64,000 bases of DNA, taken from NCBI GenBank assembly GCA_019912395.1, contig JAIOIH010000085.1:1353-65352 (forward strand), in the 5' to 3' direction. This stretch comes from Flavobacteriales bacterium (GTDB lineage Bacteria > Bacteroidota > Bacteroidia > Flavobacteriales_F > PHOS-HE28). Numbering within the stretch: the stretch's first letter is position 1; every line of letters begins with the position of its first letter. Position numbers and translations under genes: made by a program. Shown here piece by piece: positions 39,076-49,398 of the stretch. The notes under the pieces were generated by a model. That model ran no database searches. It was given only the letters and a program-made list of their open reading frames with translations, and had not been told where the DNA came from.

Positions 39076-39849
39076 TCACTCGAACCGCAAGTGCTTCACG
39101 GAGCGCCCTTCGTTGATGATGTCACGCAAGGAGGCGATGCCCACCTTTACATGGTTCTCCGCGAAGCTGCCGGTGACCTTCTTGTCGCTTTCTCCGGTCT
39201 TTACCCCTTCCGGGATCATGGGCTGGTCGCTTACCAGCAACAGTGCGCCGGTGGGGATCTCGTTGTAGAAGCCGGTGATGAAGATGGTGGCCGTTTCCAT
39301 GTCCACGGCCATGCAACGGTCGTGGCGCAGGCGTTCCTTGAACACATCATCATGCTCCCATACTCGGCGATTGGTGGTGTACACCGTACCGCTCCAGTAG
39401 TCCAGCTCCATGTCCCGGATCACGCCGCTTACGGCACGATGGATCATGAAACTGGGCAGGGCGGGCACCTCCGGCGCGAAGTAGTCATTGCTGGTCCCTT
39501 CGCCGCGAATGGCCGCGATGGGCAGGATCAGGTCGCCGAGTGCGTTCTTCTTTTTGATGCCTCCGCATTTCCCCAGGAAAAGCACCGCCTTCGGTGATAT
39601 GGCGCTCAACAGGTCCATCACGGTGGCCGCCGTGGGGCTGCCCATGCCGAAGTTGATCATCAACATGTCCTCCGCGATGGCCACCTGCATCGGTTTGCCC
39701 TGCCCGTGCAGCACCGCGCCGGTCTGCTCCGCGAAGATGTTCAAGTAGTTGTCGAAGTTGGTCAGCAGCACGTAGGGCTTGAAGTCCTCCAAGGCCACGC
39801 CGGTATACCGGGGCAGCCAATTCTTCACGATCTCCTCTTTGGTATGCAC
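39076..39849 (-). CDS. amn: AMP nucleosidase, short form (PNP_UDP_1 nucleoside phosphorylase family)
   Basis: 257 aa; ...MAVDMETATIF... nucleoside phosphorylase fold. Confidence 0.6.
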   Translation of the reverse strand: MHTKEEIVKNWLPRYTGVALEDFKPYVLLTNFDNYLNIFAEQTGAVLHGQGKPMQVAIAEDMLMINFGMGSPTAATVMDLLSAISPKAVLFLGKCGGIKKKNALGDLILPIAAIRGEGTSNDYFAPEVPALPSFMIHRAVSGVIRDMELDYWSGTVYTTNRRVWEHDDVFKERLRHDRCMAVDMETATIFITGFYNEIPTGALLLVSDQPMIPEGVKTGESDKKVTGSFAENHVKVGIASLRDIINEGRSVKHLRFE

Positions 39850-39872
39850 TTTTGTTCGTTCTTAGTGGATGT

Positions 39873-40340
39873 ATGCAAGCCTTGAACCTGCCCGATCATG
39901 GTGTCAAAACTAAACACGCGCCGGAGGGGACCCGCATTTTCGATCCCGCGCGCCGCGCGTGGGTGGCCCTGACACCGGAGGAGTGGGTGCGCCAACACGT
40001 GCTGAACTACTTGGTGCATGACGTGGGATGTCCCCTTTCATTGGTCAGTGTGGAGAGGAAACTGCTGGTGAACAAACTGACCAAGCGTGCCGATGTGGTG
40101 GTGTGCGATCGCCAAGGGGTGCCCGTGCTTCTGGTGGAGTGCAAGGCCCCGGAGGTGAACGTGGACCAGCGCACATTCGAGCAGGCGGCGCGGTACAACA
40201 CGGTGTTCAAGGTGCCTTACCTGCTGGTCACCAACGGTCTGGTCCATTTCTGTTGCCGCGTGGGCCATGCGGAAAACGCCATTGAATTCCTGCCTACCGT
40301 ACCCGACTACGAAGCGATGTGCGCGGCAATGGTGGACTAA
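39873..40340 (+). CDS. Type I restriction enzyme HsdR N-terminal domain-containing small protein (HSDR_N_2 family; a conserved stand-alone gene in Bacteroidota)
   Basis: MQALNLPDH...IFDPARRAWVALTPEEWVRQHVLNYL...KRADVVV. Start trimmed to the family-typical N-terminus. Confidence 0.6.
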   Translation: MQALNLPDHGVKTKHAPEGTRIFDPARRAWVALTPEEWVRQHVLNYLVHDVGCPLSLVSVERKLLVNKLTKRADVVVCDRQGVPVLLVECKAPEVNVDQRTFEQAARYNTVFKVPYLLVTNGLVHFCCRVGHAENAIEFLPTVPDYEAMCAAMVD

Positions 40341-40351
40341 CTTTAACCCCG

Positions 40352-42928
40352 ATGAGCGTTCGGTCACTGATCCTTGCCCTGCTGTTCCTGGTTGGCGGTG
40401 CGGCATCTGCACAAGGCCCGTCCAAGATGGGCTTCCAGTTGCGCGCGTGGCTTGCTACCGCCAAGCCCCCGGCCCGCGTGGACCTGTTCCTGGGCGGCGA
40501 TGCGGCGGAGGTGTCCCGAGCGGTGCTCATGCACGGTGGCATGGTGAAGATGGCCGTGGCCGGATGGGTGGAAGCCTCCATGCCGGTGGACCGGGTGAAG
40601 GCGCTGGAGAAGGAGCCGGCCATCCGAAGCATCGTGTTCACCCGGTCCAAGGGAAGGATGCTGAACGACAGCATGCGCGTGAAGGCCCATGTGAACGAGG
40701 TGCATGACGGGTTGCCTCCACTGCCCATGGCGTACCAGGGCGAAGGTGTTCTGGTGGGCATCATCGACAGCGGGTTGGAGCTCGGGCACCCGGACTTTCA
40801 GGACAGCTTGGGACGCACCCGCGTGCTGCGGTACTGGGACCAGAACTTCGACTACGACCCGGGGTTGACCCCGGTGGGCTTCGGCTACGGCCAAGCGTGG
40901 GACAGCACCGCGATAAACGCGGGGGATTGTCCGGCGGTGGACCCCTTCAACCAATACGGCCATGGCTCCACCGTGGCTGCCACGGCAGCCGCCAACAACA
41001 ACGGCAATGGGCATTGCGCCGGGGTGGCGCCCAAGGCGGACCTGATCATCGTGGCGAACGATATGGGTTATCCCAACTGGACCGCTTCGGTGGTGGATGC
41101 CGTTCGCTATATCGTGGAGCAGGCAACGGCCATGGGTCGGCCCGTGGCGATCAACCTCAGCCTGGGCGATTACTTCGGAAGTCACGACGGCTTGGACCCG
41201 GCCGCGCTGATGATCGACCAGCTGCTCACGGCCGAGCCCGGACGGGTGCTGGTCTGTGCGGCGGGCAACAGCGGCAATTTGCCACCCTATCACTTGCGCA
41301 CCGAGGTCACCGCCGATACCACCTTCACGTGGTTCGCGTACAACCCCAACAGCGTGCTCAACGTTGGCGCGGTCTACTTCGATCTTTGGGCGGACACGGC
41401 CGACTTCAGCCAGGTGCAATACAGCATCGGTGCCGACAAGTTCAACGGAGGCTATTCCTTCAGGGGACGTATTCCCTTCCGGAACATTCAAGGCACCTTG
41501 AACCAGATCGTCGTGGACACCTTATGGTCCGTTGACGGGAACAAGTTGGGCCGCGTGTTCACCCAGGCGCAGCTTCGCGATGGCCAATACCATATGGAGG
41601 TGTACATCCCGCAGCCCGATTCCGCTGCGCAACTGTACTACCGCTTCATCACCACCGGTTCGGGGCGCTTCGATGTGTGGAGCACGGAGGTCTTCGGCAC
41701 CTCCAAGATGATCACCGCGATCCCCGACAGCACCAGCTACCCGGCCATCACGCGCTATGTGGCTCCGGACAAGGAGCAGAGCATGGTGGACTCCTGGGCG
41801 TGCTCCCCGCAGGTGATCACCGTGGGCAACTTCTACAATCAGCAGCAGTATGTGGACATCACGGGCACAACGCGGGACCTGGGGAACGTTCCCGGCAGCA
41901 TCAGCGTGAACAGCAGCCGGGGACCCTCGCGCACGGGTGTAGTGAAGCCCGATGTGGCGGCTCCCGCCGACGTCACCTTCGGGGCCGGGCCGTTGGACGT
42001 CCTGCAGGCCCTCCTGAACTTCGGGCCGGAGAAACTGATCGATAGCCTGCACATGCGCAATGGCGGTACTTCCATCGCATCGCCCGTGGTGGCCGGGACC
42101 GCAGCCTTGTTGCTGGAGAAATGCCCCCGCGCAACCAACGCCATGGTGCGGGATGCGATCATCGGTTCCGCTTCCTCGGACAGCCTTACCGGGTCGGTGC
42201 CCAATACGCGGTTCGGGTACGGTAAGATCAACGCCTTTGCCGCGCTCGTGTCCACCAATGTCGCGGTTCCCCTCACCCTGATGGACGTGCTCTGTGAAGG
42301 GGACAGCACCATGGTTTCCGGCCCGGACTTCATGTACCGCTACTGGTGGAACACCGGCCAGCAGCAGCGCGATATTTGGACCACCGGGGACACCTTGCAG
42401 CTCACGGTGGAAACCACGCATGGCTGCATGGGCATCAGCGACACCTTGATCGTAGTGCCCAATCCACTACCCACTGGAACGATCAGCGTGGACGGCCTCA
42501 CACTGGAAAGCAGCCCTGCAGCTGCCTATCAGTGGTACGTGGACTCCCTGCCCATTCCGGGTGCGGAGGATCAGCAATACGATGTGGAGGAGAACGGCCA
42601 CTACTTCGTCCAGCTCACGGACAGCTTGGGCTGTTCCGCGAACTCGGACACGGTCTTCATCTTCTCCGTCGGGATCCCGGAACCCGTTCCTGCCAATCTT
42701 CAGCTCTGGCCGGTACCCGTGATGGAGCGATTGAACCTGCGTGGGCTGGATGCGGCATACGGTGACCTGGTGTACGACATCACGGATGTGAGCGGAAGAA
42801 GCGTGCAGTACGGTATTCTTCGTGGCCGGTCGCCGGTGATCTACGTGGCGGAATTGAGCTCGGGGATGTACCTGTTGAACCTGCGCGGGATGCCTTCGGG
42901 CACCGGCCTGCGCTTCATCAAGGAATAG
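40352..42928 (+). CDS. S8 family serine peptidase (subtilisin-like) with a T9SS C-terminal domain
   Basis: Catalytic D (GIIDSG), H (HGSTVAA) and S (GTSIASPVVAG) residues. Signal peptide. CTD ...GMYLLNLRGMPSGTGLRFIKE. Confidence 0.85.
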   Translation: MSVRSLILALLFLVGGAASAQGPSKMGFQLRAWLATAKPPARVDLFLGGDAAEVSRAVLMHGGMVKMAVAGWVEASMPVDRVKALEKEPAIRSIVFTRSKGRMLNDSMRVKAHVNEVHDGLPPLPMAYQGEGVLVGIIDSGLELGHPDFQDSLGRTRVLRYWDQNFDYDPGLTPVGFGYGQAWDSTAINAGDCPAVDPFNQYGHGSTVAATAAANNNGNGHCAGVAPKADLIIVANDMGYPNWTASVVDAVRYIVEQATAMGRPVAINLSLGDYFGSHDGLDPAALMIDQLLTAEPGRVLVCAAGNSGNLPPYHLRTEVTADTTFTWFAYNPNSVLNVGAVYFDLWADTADFSQVQYSIGADKFNGGYSFRGRIPFRNIQGTLNQIVVDTLWSVDGNKLGRVFTQAQLRDGQYHMEVYIPQPDSAAQLYYRFITTGSGRFDVWSTEVFGTSKMITAIPDSTSYPAITRYVAPDKEQSMVDSWACSPQVITVGNFYNQQQYVDITGTTRDLGNVPGSISVNSSRGPSRTGVVKPDVAAPADVTFGAGPLDVLQALLNFGPEKLIDSLHMRNGGTSIASPVVAGTAALLLEKCPRATNAMVRDAIIGSASSDSLTGSVPNTRFGYGKINAFAALVSTNVAVPLTLMDVLCEGDSTMVSGPDFMYRYWWNTGQQQRDIWTTGDTLQLTVETTHGCMGISDTLIVVPNPLPTGTISVDGLTLESSPAAAYQWYVDSLPIPGAEDQQYDVEENGHYFVQLTDSLGCSANSDTVFIFSVGIPEPVPANLQLWPVPVMERLNLRGLDAAYGDLVYDITDVSGRSVQYGILRGRSPVIYVAELSSGMYLLNLRGMPSGTGLRFIKE

Positions 42929-42965
42929 CCGCTACGGCGTGTGACAGCTTGGTTATTTTCGCCGG

Positions 42966-43718
42966 ATGGAAGAACGGCCCTTTGTGCTCTCGGGTGGTGG
43001 CATTCGCGGTGCGGCACATCTGGGCGTGCTCCGGGCATTCCGTGAAGCGGGCATCGTGCCGAGCGCCATCTCGGGCACCAGCGCCGGTGCCTTGGTGGGC
43101 GCGTTGATCGCCGATGGCAGATCAACGGAGGAAGCCAGCGAAATGGTCCGTCAGGAATTGAAGGGATCCCGACTGATCCGCAGGCCCTCCTTGGTATCGA
43201 GGCGCATCGCGAATTTCCTGCGGCGGTCGCTCCGGCATCGGACTTTCGAGGAACTGCCGATCCCCTTGCACGTCTCCGCCACCGATCTGGAGAACGGTGG
43301 TCAGCGCATCTTCAGCACGGGGGAATTGCTGCCGGCCTTGATGGCCTCCTGCGCCATCCCCTTGATTTTTCCTCCGGTAAAAGTGAACGGCATCTTCCAT
43401 GTGGATGGAGGCATGAGCAACAACCTGCCGGTGGAACCCTTCCTGAAGGAAAAGGACCGCGTGATAGCCGTGCATGTGAACCCGCTGCCGGTCTTTGTGC
43501 CGGGCAAACGCAGCGTGATGCGCACCATGGACCGCATCTGGCACTTGAATTTCCGCGAGATGGTGATGCGTTCCGCCCAAGGCTGCCACCTCTTTGTGGA
43601 GCCGCCGGAGCTGTCGCGTTTCAACATGTTCGAACTGGGCAAGATGGAGGTGATCGAGCGGATCGGCCATGCGTGGACAAGAACGCTGCTCGAAAAGGGA
43701 ACCGCTCCGAAGCCCTAA
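42966..43718 (+). CDS. Patatin-like phospholipase
   Basis: GGGIRG oxyanion motif, GTSAG nucleophile elbow, and a DGG motif. Confidence 0.85.
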   Translation: MEERPFVLSGGGIRGAAHLGVLRAFREAGIVPSAISGTSAGALVGALIADGRSTEEASEMVRQELKGSRLIRRPSLVSRRIANFLRRSLRHRTFEELPIPLHVSATDLENGGQRIFSTGELLPALMASCAIPLIFPPVKVNGIFHVDGGMSNNLPVEPFLKEKDRVIAVHVNPLPVFVPGKRSVMRTMDRIWHLNFREMVMRSAQGCHLFVEPPELSRFNMFELGKMEVIERIGHAWTRTLLEKGTAPKP

Positions 43719-45358
43719 CGCCCTGTGGAGACGGCCTCCCCGTTGAGGAAGGTCGCGGCCACCCTTGCCTTTTTCAGTTGGTCCCCGCCCACCTGTAGCA
43801 GGTCCCGGTCCACCACGATGAAATCCGCGAACTTGCCCGACTCCAAACTGCCGAGGTCCTGTTCGGTGAAGGTGGCCATTGCATTCCAGATCGTCATTCC
43901 GCGCAGCGCATCCTCGCGGCCCAATGCGTCCTTCATCTGGAATCCTTTCGGGGGAACACCCGCATCATTCTTGCGGATCACTGCTGCATAAAAGGTTTTC
44001 AGGGGATCGATCCCTTCCACCGGGAAATCCGTTCCCAGGGCCAGCATACCGTTCTGTTGCATCAGGCGCTCCCAGGCATACGCATTGGCGAGGCGTTCCG
44101 GGCCCAAGCGGTCCACGGCCCACAGCATATCGCTGGTGGCATGCGTGGGTTGCACACTGGGAATGATGTTGTATTTCCCGAAAAGATCGAAGTCCGCGGG
44201 ATCCATGCACTGGGCGTGCTCGATCCGCCAGCGCAGGTCGTTGGTGCCTTGGAGCACTTCACCGTACACCCCCAGTAGCAGGCGGTTCGCACTGTCGCCG
44301 ATGCAATGGGTAGCCATCTGGAAGCCGTTGTCCTTGCACCATTGCGCCACTTTTACAAAGTGCTCCCGTGTGGAAAGCTGCAGTCCGTGCCCTGCAGCCG
44401 GGTCGTCGCTGTAGGGCTTCAACAGCAAGGCGCCCCGGGAACCCAGCGCGCCGTCAGCGTAGCACTTTACGGCACGTACGATCAAGCGGTCGCTGATCAA
44501 GGGGCCGTCCGCATAGCGTTCGAAATTGGTGCTGTCGTCGGCGAGCATGGCATACACCCGGATCTTCAGCGCACCCTCCTCCTGCATCCGCTTGATCAGG
44601 TCGATGGTGCCTGCATCCAATCCCGCATCGCAGACCATGGTGAGCCCTGCGGCAAGGCAATCCTGCTGGGCATCCAACAGCGCCTGGCGCTTGGTGGGTT
44701 CGTCCACGTCCTCGAAGATCTGCTGGAATACGCTCACCGCATTGTCCAGCAACAGGCCCGTGAGCTTGCCGTCCTTTTTTTCGAGCAATCCACCGGCAAT
44801 GGCGCTTTCGGTGGTCAGACCTGCGCTGTCCAATGCCTTTTGGTTCACTACGGCCGCATGTCCGTCCACGCGCTGCAGCAGCACCGGCCTGTCGGGAAAG
44901 AGGATGTTCAGGCTGTCGTTCGTTGGATTCGCCTTGTCGGGCCACAGGTTCTGGTCCCATCCGCGCCCGATCATCCAGCCCGTTCCCGGATGGGCTTTGG
45001 CGTAGGCCTCGATGCGGCTGAGCACCTCGCTCCAGCTCTTCGCGCCGGAGAGGTTCACCTTCTGCTTGTTCAAGCCGTGGCCCAGGAAATGGCAGTGCCC
45101 ATCGATGAAGCCCGGATAGATGAAGCGTGTGCCTGCGTCGAACACCTCCTTGGCCCGGTAGCGGTTCAGGATCTGGTATTCCGCACCGAGCTCCAGGATG
45201 CGGCCATCCTTGATCGCCATGGCGGTATGGGTGGTGCCCGCCTCATCCATGCTCACGATCCGGGCGTTGCGCACCACCAGGTCGGCCTCCTTGTTCCTAT
45301 AGGCGCAGGAATTCAGCAAAAGCATGGCTGCCAGCAGGGTAGGGGTGAAGATTCTCAT
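43715..45358 (-). CDS. Amidohydrolase family (metal-dependent hydrolase, amidohydrolase-3-like) lipoprotein
   Basis: PGFIDGHCHF metal-binding motif. Signal peptide MRIFTPTLLAAMLLLNSC. 4-bp overlap with the upstream gene. Confidence 0.75.
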   Translation of the reverse strand: MRIFTPTLLAAMLLLNSCAYRNKEADLVVRNARIVSMDEAGTTHTAMAIKDGRILELGAEYQILNRYRAKEVFDAGTRFIYPGFIDGHCHFLGHGLNKQKVNLSGAKSWSEVLSRIEAYAKAHPGTGWMIGRGWDQNLWPDKANPTNDSLNILFPDRPVLLQRVDGHAAVVNQKALDSAGLTTESAIAGGLLEKKDGKLTGLLLDNAVSVFQQIFEDVDEPTKRQALLDAQQDCLAAGLTMVCDAGLDAGTIDLIKRMQEEGALKIRVYAMLADDSTNFERYADGPLISDRLIVRAVKCYADGALGSRGALLLKPYSDDPAAGHGLQLSTREHFVKVAQWCKDNGFQMATHCIGDSANRLLLGVYGEVLQGTNDLRWRIEHAQCMDPADFDLFGKYNIIPSVQPTHATSDMLWAVDRLGPERLANAYAWERLMQQNGMLALGTDFPVEGIDPLKTFYAAVIRKNDAGVPPKGFQMKDALGREDALRGMTIWNAMATFTEQDLGSLESGKFADFIVVDRDLLQVGGDQLKKARVAATFLNGEAVSTGR

Positions 45359-46674
45359 GGTGTTCGGAGTAATGGCCAGCGGGCCAGTTTGTGCGGGTCC
45401 ACGATCAGCAGGAGCGCCATGGAATAGAAGGGGAGCATCGGCACCCGGTAGCGCATCAAGGCACCCACCACAGGCGTGGTCCAGCCGATCAGCAGGCCGA
45501 GGATCAAGCAGAAGGCCACGCAGAAGAGGAAGATCGGAAGGTCGATCCGGGACCACGGTTTGGCGAAGAAGATCGCCACCGGGAGCAGGAGCAGGAGCAA
45601 TACGTTCTCCAACGCGCCAAGGAGACCCATTGCCCCGATGTCCCACGTGACCAGCGGGGAGAGGAAGGTGAGGAAAAAAGCGTGCGGCACCTGCCTGATC
45701 ATGCCGAGGAGCGTCGGTTCCATCAATGGGGTGGGGATATAGCTTCCCGGGGCCATGGCAGCCACCAAGCCGAGCATGTCCCGTTGCTTCTGCTGGATGA
45801 TCGCCAATACATCAAGGCTGGGAGCGACCAAGGGAAGGACCACTATCACCAAGGCCGCGATCACATGCGTGGCCCCGAACTTCAGCAGCACATGCCGATC
45901 GCCGGTACGGCGGCACCAGCCCAGCGCGAACAGGCCGGGAACCATGCAGGCCAATACATAGGATTTCAGCCCCAGCTGGATCAGGAGCCCAAGGAGCATC
46001 AGCAGCCAGCCGGTCCACGGCAAGGGTTCTTTCATCCATCGGAACACTTGGAGCAGGAACAGGCCCAACCCCAGGAAGAGCAAGGCCTCCTTGATCGGTG
46101 CGCTTCCCCAGAAGAGCACGCTGGGCCATAGGAACAGGCCGGCCATCAGCAAGCGGCCCAGGCCCGGGACGAATCCGATGAAGATCTTGTACAACGCCAC
46201 CAACCCTATCAGGGAAAGGAAGGCGGAGAAGACCGTATGCACATGGTACACCCCAAAGGAGAACAACCGCACCACCGCACTGTAGCGGATCATCGTATGG
46301 GCATCGTTGTAATAGCCCGTATCGTACTTGCGGTACCAATTGTTCATCACCGTGTAGTAGCGCTCATCGAACCGGGGCGCGTCATTGCCGATCCCGGTGA
46401 GCATCTGCACATAATCCAACGGATGTGCAGGCAGTGCGCTGAACATCACGTTGCCGTCATCGAAGAATTTGAAGATGTCCGCCGTTGAGCGGTCGGTATA
46501 GTAGTAGGTGTACACCCCCCACAGCACGGTGCCTGCGGCCACCTTTAGCAGGAACAGCGCACCGATCGCTCGCCTGCCAACCCCGGTCACTGCAAAGAAG
46601 CGCCAGCGTGCGATCAGGTACAGGAAGAGTGCGACATAGCCGCATGTGAGCAGGATGCCCGCCATCGCGGCCAA
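45355..46674 (-). CDS. Hypothetical polytopic membrane protein (about 12 TM) co-transcribed with the amidohydrolase
   Basis: Hydrophobic profile only. Confidence 0.45.
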   Translation of the reverse strand: MAAMAGILLTCGYVALFLYLIARWRFFAVTGVGRRAIGALFLLKVAAGTVLWGVYTYYYTDRSTADIFKFFDDGNVMFSALPAHPLDYVQMLTGIGNDAPRFDERYYTVMNNWYRKYDTGYYNDAHTMIRYSAVVRLFSFGVYHVHTVFSAFLSLIGLVALYKIFIGFVPGLGRLLMAGLFLWPSVLFWGSAPIKEALLFLGLGLFLLQVFRWMKEPLPWTGWLLMLLGLLIQLGLKSYVLACMVPGLFALGWCRRTGDRHVLLKFGATHVIAALVIVVLPLVAPSLDVLAIIQQKQRDMLGLVAAMAPGSYIPTPLMEPTLLGMIRQVPHAFFLTFLSPLVTWDIGAMGLLGALENVLLLLLLPVAIFFAKPWSRIDLPIFLFCVAFCLILGLLIGWTTPVVGALMRYRVPMLPFYSMALLLIVDPHKLARWPLLRTP

Positions 46675-46832
46675 ATGTAGCGGGGAGTGCGGCAGGCGGA
46701 ACCCCGCATGCCTCGACCGCCGGGCTGCCCTAACGGGAACTCCACGGGAAGGTCGCCGGGCAAACGCATCTAGAATGGTCGGCCGTTCGGCGGACGATGT
46801 TCGCGCCGGGCGGCGCTCAAGTCTTTAGGAAC

Positions 46833-46907
46833 CACGGATAAGCACGGATCGACACGGATGAAGACCTTATTATATCCGTGTCCATCCGTGGTCCGATACG
46901 TATCGGA
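46833..46907. repeat. Composite element, family 2: CACGGAT x3, spacer, ATCCGTG x2, then the perfect palindrome TCCGATACGTATCGGA
   Basis: Seen directly in the divergent intergenic region upstream of pyrF. Confidence 0.6.
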
Positions 46908-47070
46908 CCAAATTCTGAGGGAGATACGCCCAAAGGGCGTTCGACATCCCGTTTCCAATGTCCCCGTGGTGCGCGATGGTAGGGGAATAGATGCGATTGC
47001 CCTGGTGCAGGTCGCCGGATGTTCGACGCGAATCGCGTCCTTTGCGGCTTGATCGAAGTGTGAACCGGAC

Positions 47071-47904
47071 ATGACACGAGAGGAGCTCATTGCCATCATC
47101 AAAAGGAAGCGAAGTCTTCTGTGCGTGGGCTTGGACACGGAACTGCACTTGCTGCCGGAGCGCTTCCGCAGCCTGCACGACCCGGTGCGCGCCTACAATC
47201 ACGCCATCATCCAAGCCACCAGCCACTTGGCCGTGGCCTACAAGTTGAACCTGGCCTTTTACGAGGCCAATGGCGCTGCCGGTTGGCGCGATCTGGAGAG
47301 CACCGTGGCGTACCTCCGGAGCTTGGGCGATTGCCTGATCATCGCCGATGCCAAACGCGGCGATATCGGGAACACGGCCCGGAAGTATGCGGAGGCCTTC
47401 TTCGATCAGTTGGATTTTGACGCGGTGACCGTGGCACCCTACATGGGCAGCGATTCCATCACGCCCTTTCTGGGCAGGCCGGGCAAATGGGCCATCGTAT
47501 TGGCCGTTACCAGCAACGAAGGCGCGCTGGATTATCAGTTCCTGCCCGTGGAGGACGGCCGCCAGCGCCTCTTCGAACGGGTGATGGAACGCACGGCGGA
47601 ACTGGGCGGGCCTGAAGAGCTGATGTTCGTGGCGGGCGCCACCCGCCCGGAGATCCTACGGCAGGTCCGCGCGATGGCCCCGGAGCATTTTCTGCTGGTG
47701 CCGGGCGTGGGTACGCAAGGAGGCGACCTGGCCGAGGTGCTGCGCGAAGGGCTGAACACGGACGGAGGCATGCTCATCAACAGCTCGCGCGGGATCCTGT
47801 ATGCGGGCAAGGAGGACGAAGCGATACCGATGGCCCGAAAAGCGGCCGAAGCGTTGCAGCGGACCATGGAAGTGGCGTTGCGTGCCCGAGGCGTGCTGGG
47901 CTGA
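47071..47904 (+). CDS. pyrF: Orotidine 5'-phosphate decarboxylase (long type 2 form)
   Basis: ...LCVGLDT...IIADAKRGDIGNTA... Confidence 0.88.
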   Translation: MTREELIAIIKRKRSLLCVGLDTELHLLPERFRSLHDPVRAYNHAIIQATSHLAVAYKLNLAFYEANGAAGWRDLESTVAYLRSLGDCLIIADAKRGDIGNTARKYAEAFFDQLDFDAVTVAPYMGSDSITPFLGRPGKWAIVLAVTSNEGALDYQFLPVEDGRQRLFERVMERTAELGGPEELMFVAGATRPEILRQVRAMAPEHFLLVPGVGTQGGDLAEVLREGLNTDGGMLINSSRGILYAGKEDEAIPMARKAAEALQRTMEVALRARGVLG

Positions 47905-47937
47905 GTACAACGTCGGGAAGGGGCGGCTGCGCGGATC

Positions 47938-49362
47938 GTGCTATCTTATCGGCGGGGGATCGCCGAGAAAGTTGTCATGGAGCATCCGGAAGCCCATATC
48001 GGGGGAATAGCACAGGAGCCGGAGACAGCAGGCGACCTGCTGCTCGACCCTGCTTTCCCGTACGGGGAGGACCTGCTGCAATTCATCTGGGAAGCAGGTC
48101 TCTATGATGCGAACGACCTGCGGACCACGGACGGTGCGGCGCTGGAAGTGGTAAAGGCGGGACGGATCCAAGCAAACAGCGGCCCGGACCTTCGGGATGC
48201 CCTGGTGCGGATCGGGGACCAGCTCTGGGCGGGCAATGTGGAGGTGCATCTGCGGGCCAGCGAATGGAACGCCCACGGGCACCAGCGCGATCCGGCGTAC
48301 AACAATGTGGTGCTGCACGCGGTCCACCTGCATGATGCCGATGTGCGGACCGAGGAAGGCAGATGCCCGCCCACCGTGGAACTGCGCACGCGGATCAACG
48401 TGGACAACCTGCACCTGCACCAGGCCTTGATGACCGATGGGGACCCGGTTCCCTGTACGCGCCGTCTTCCCGAAGTGGACCAGAGCCGGGTCCGCATGTG
48501 GTTGGAACGCTTGCTGGTGGAGCGCCTGGAACGCAAGACCACCGAGGTGGAAGCGCTCTACCGGATGCTGGGCAACGATGCTGGCGAGACTTTCCACCAC
48601 CTGCTGTTGCGGGGACTGGGCGCCAACGTCAATGCAGAGCCGTTCGGCATGCTCGCCCATGCACTTCCGCTGAGGCTCCTGAAGAAATACCGTCACGATC
48701 CCATTCGCATGGAGGCGCTCCTGTTCGGGCAGGCCGGGTTGCTCGAAGGGAATTTCGAGGAGGATCACCCGCGGTGCCTGCAGCGGGAACACCGGGTGTT
48801 GGCGGGCCTGCACGGCCTGCGCCCCGTACCTGCGGCCGCGTGGAAGTTCGGTCGCATGAGGCCGGCCAATTTTCCCACCGTCCGCATCGCCCAGTGGGCC
48901 GTGTTCGCCACCGGCAATGCCGATGCCTATGGGTGCTTGACGGAGCATGATCATCCCGACCCCGTGCGTGCGATGCTGGAGGTGGAAGCCACCGGGTACT
49001 GGTCAGACCACTATCGGTTCGACCTGCCTGCGGCGCCACGCACCAAGCGCTTGGGAAGGTCCACTGCCGATGGTCTCATCATCAACAGCATCGTGCCCTA
49101 TCTGTTCGCCATGGGCCGCATCCGGGGCCATCGCACTTGGATGGACCGCGCCCTGCGCCTGATGGAGCAGCTTCCCGCCGAGCGGAACACCATCATGGAC
49201 GGCTGGCGGGCCCGAGGGATCCAAGCCGATAGCGCTGCACAGGGCCAAGCCCTGATCGAGCTGAGGAACCGCTACTGTGCCGAGCGGAAATGCCTCTCCT
49301 GCGCCATCGGGGCGCACCTTCACAAACAGGTCGGAGGCAGGTCGGTCCGGGGGAGAGAATAG
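47938..49362 (+). CDS. DUF2851 family protein
   Basis: LLQFIWEAGLYD...GPDLRDALVRIGDQLWAGNVEVHLRASEWNAHGHQRDPAYNNVVLHAV. Confidence 0.6.
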   Translation: MLSYRRGIAEKVVMEHPEAHIGGIAQEPETAGDLLLDPAFPYGEDLLQFIWEAGLYDANDLRTTDGAALEVVKAGRIQANSGPDLRDALVRIGDQLWAGNVEVHLRASEWNAHGHQRDPAYNNVVLHAVHLHDADVRTEEGRCPPTVELRTRINVDNLHLHQALMTDGDPVPCTRRLPEVDQSRVRMWLERLLVERLERKTTEVEALYRMLGNDAGETFHHLLLRGLGANVNAEPFGMLAHALPLRLLKKYRHDPIRMEALLFGQAGLLEGNFEEDHPRCLQREHRVLAGLHGLRPVPAAAWKFGRMRPANFPTVRIAQWAVFATGNADAYGCLTEHDHPDPVRAMLEVEATGYWSDHYRFDLPAAPRTKRLGRSTADGLIINSIVPYLFAMGRIRGHRTWMDRALRLMEQLPAERNTIMDGWRARGIQADSAAQGQALIELRNRYCAERKCLSCAIGAHLHKQVGGRSVRGRE

Positions 49363-49398
49363 CGGCAGTGCCGATCCCATCTCCCCTGAGCCGGTTGT

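Noticed and set aside
39301-39330. Partial match to palindrome half-site (CCATGCAACGG) inside the amn gene
   Set aside because: It is a single half-site within coding sequence and is consistent with chance.
47938-47976. Using the first ATG (47938) as the DUF2851 start
   Set aside because: Either 47938 or 47977 is possible. There is no way to decide without an alignment, so the ORF-track start was left in place and no separate claim was made.
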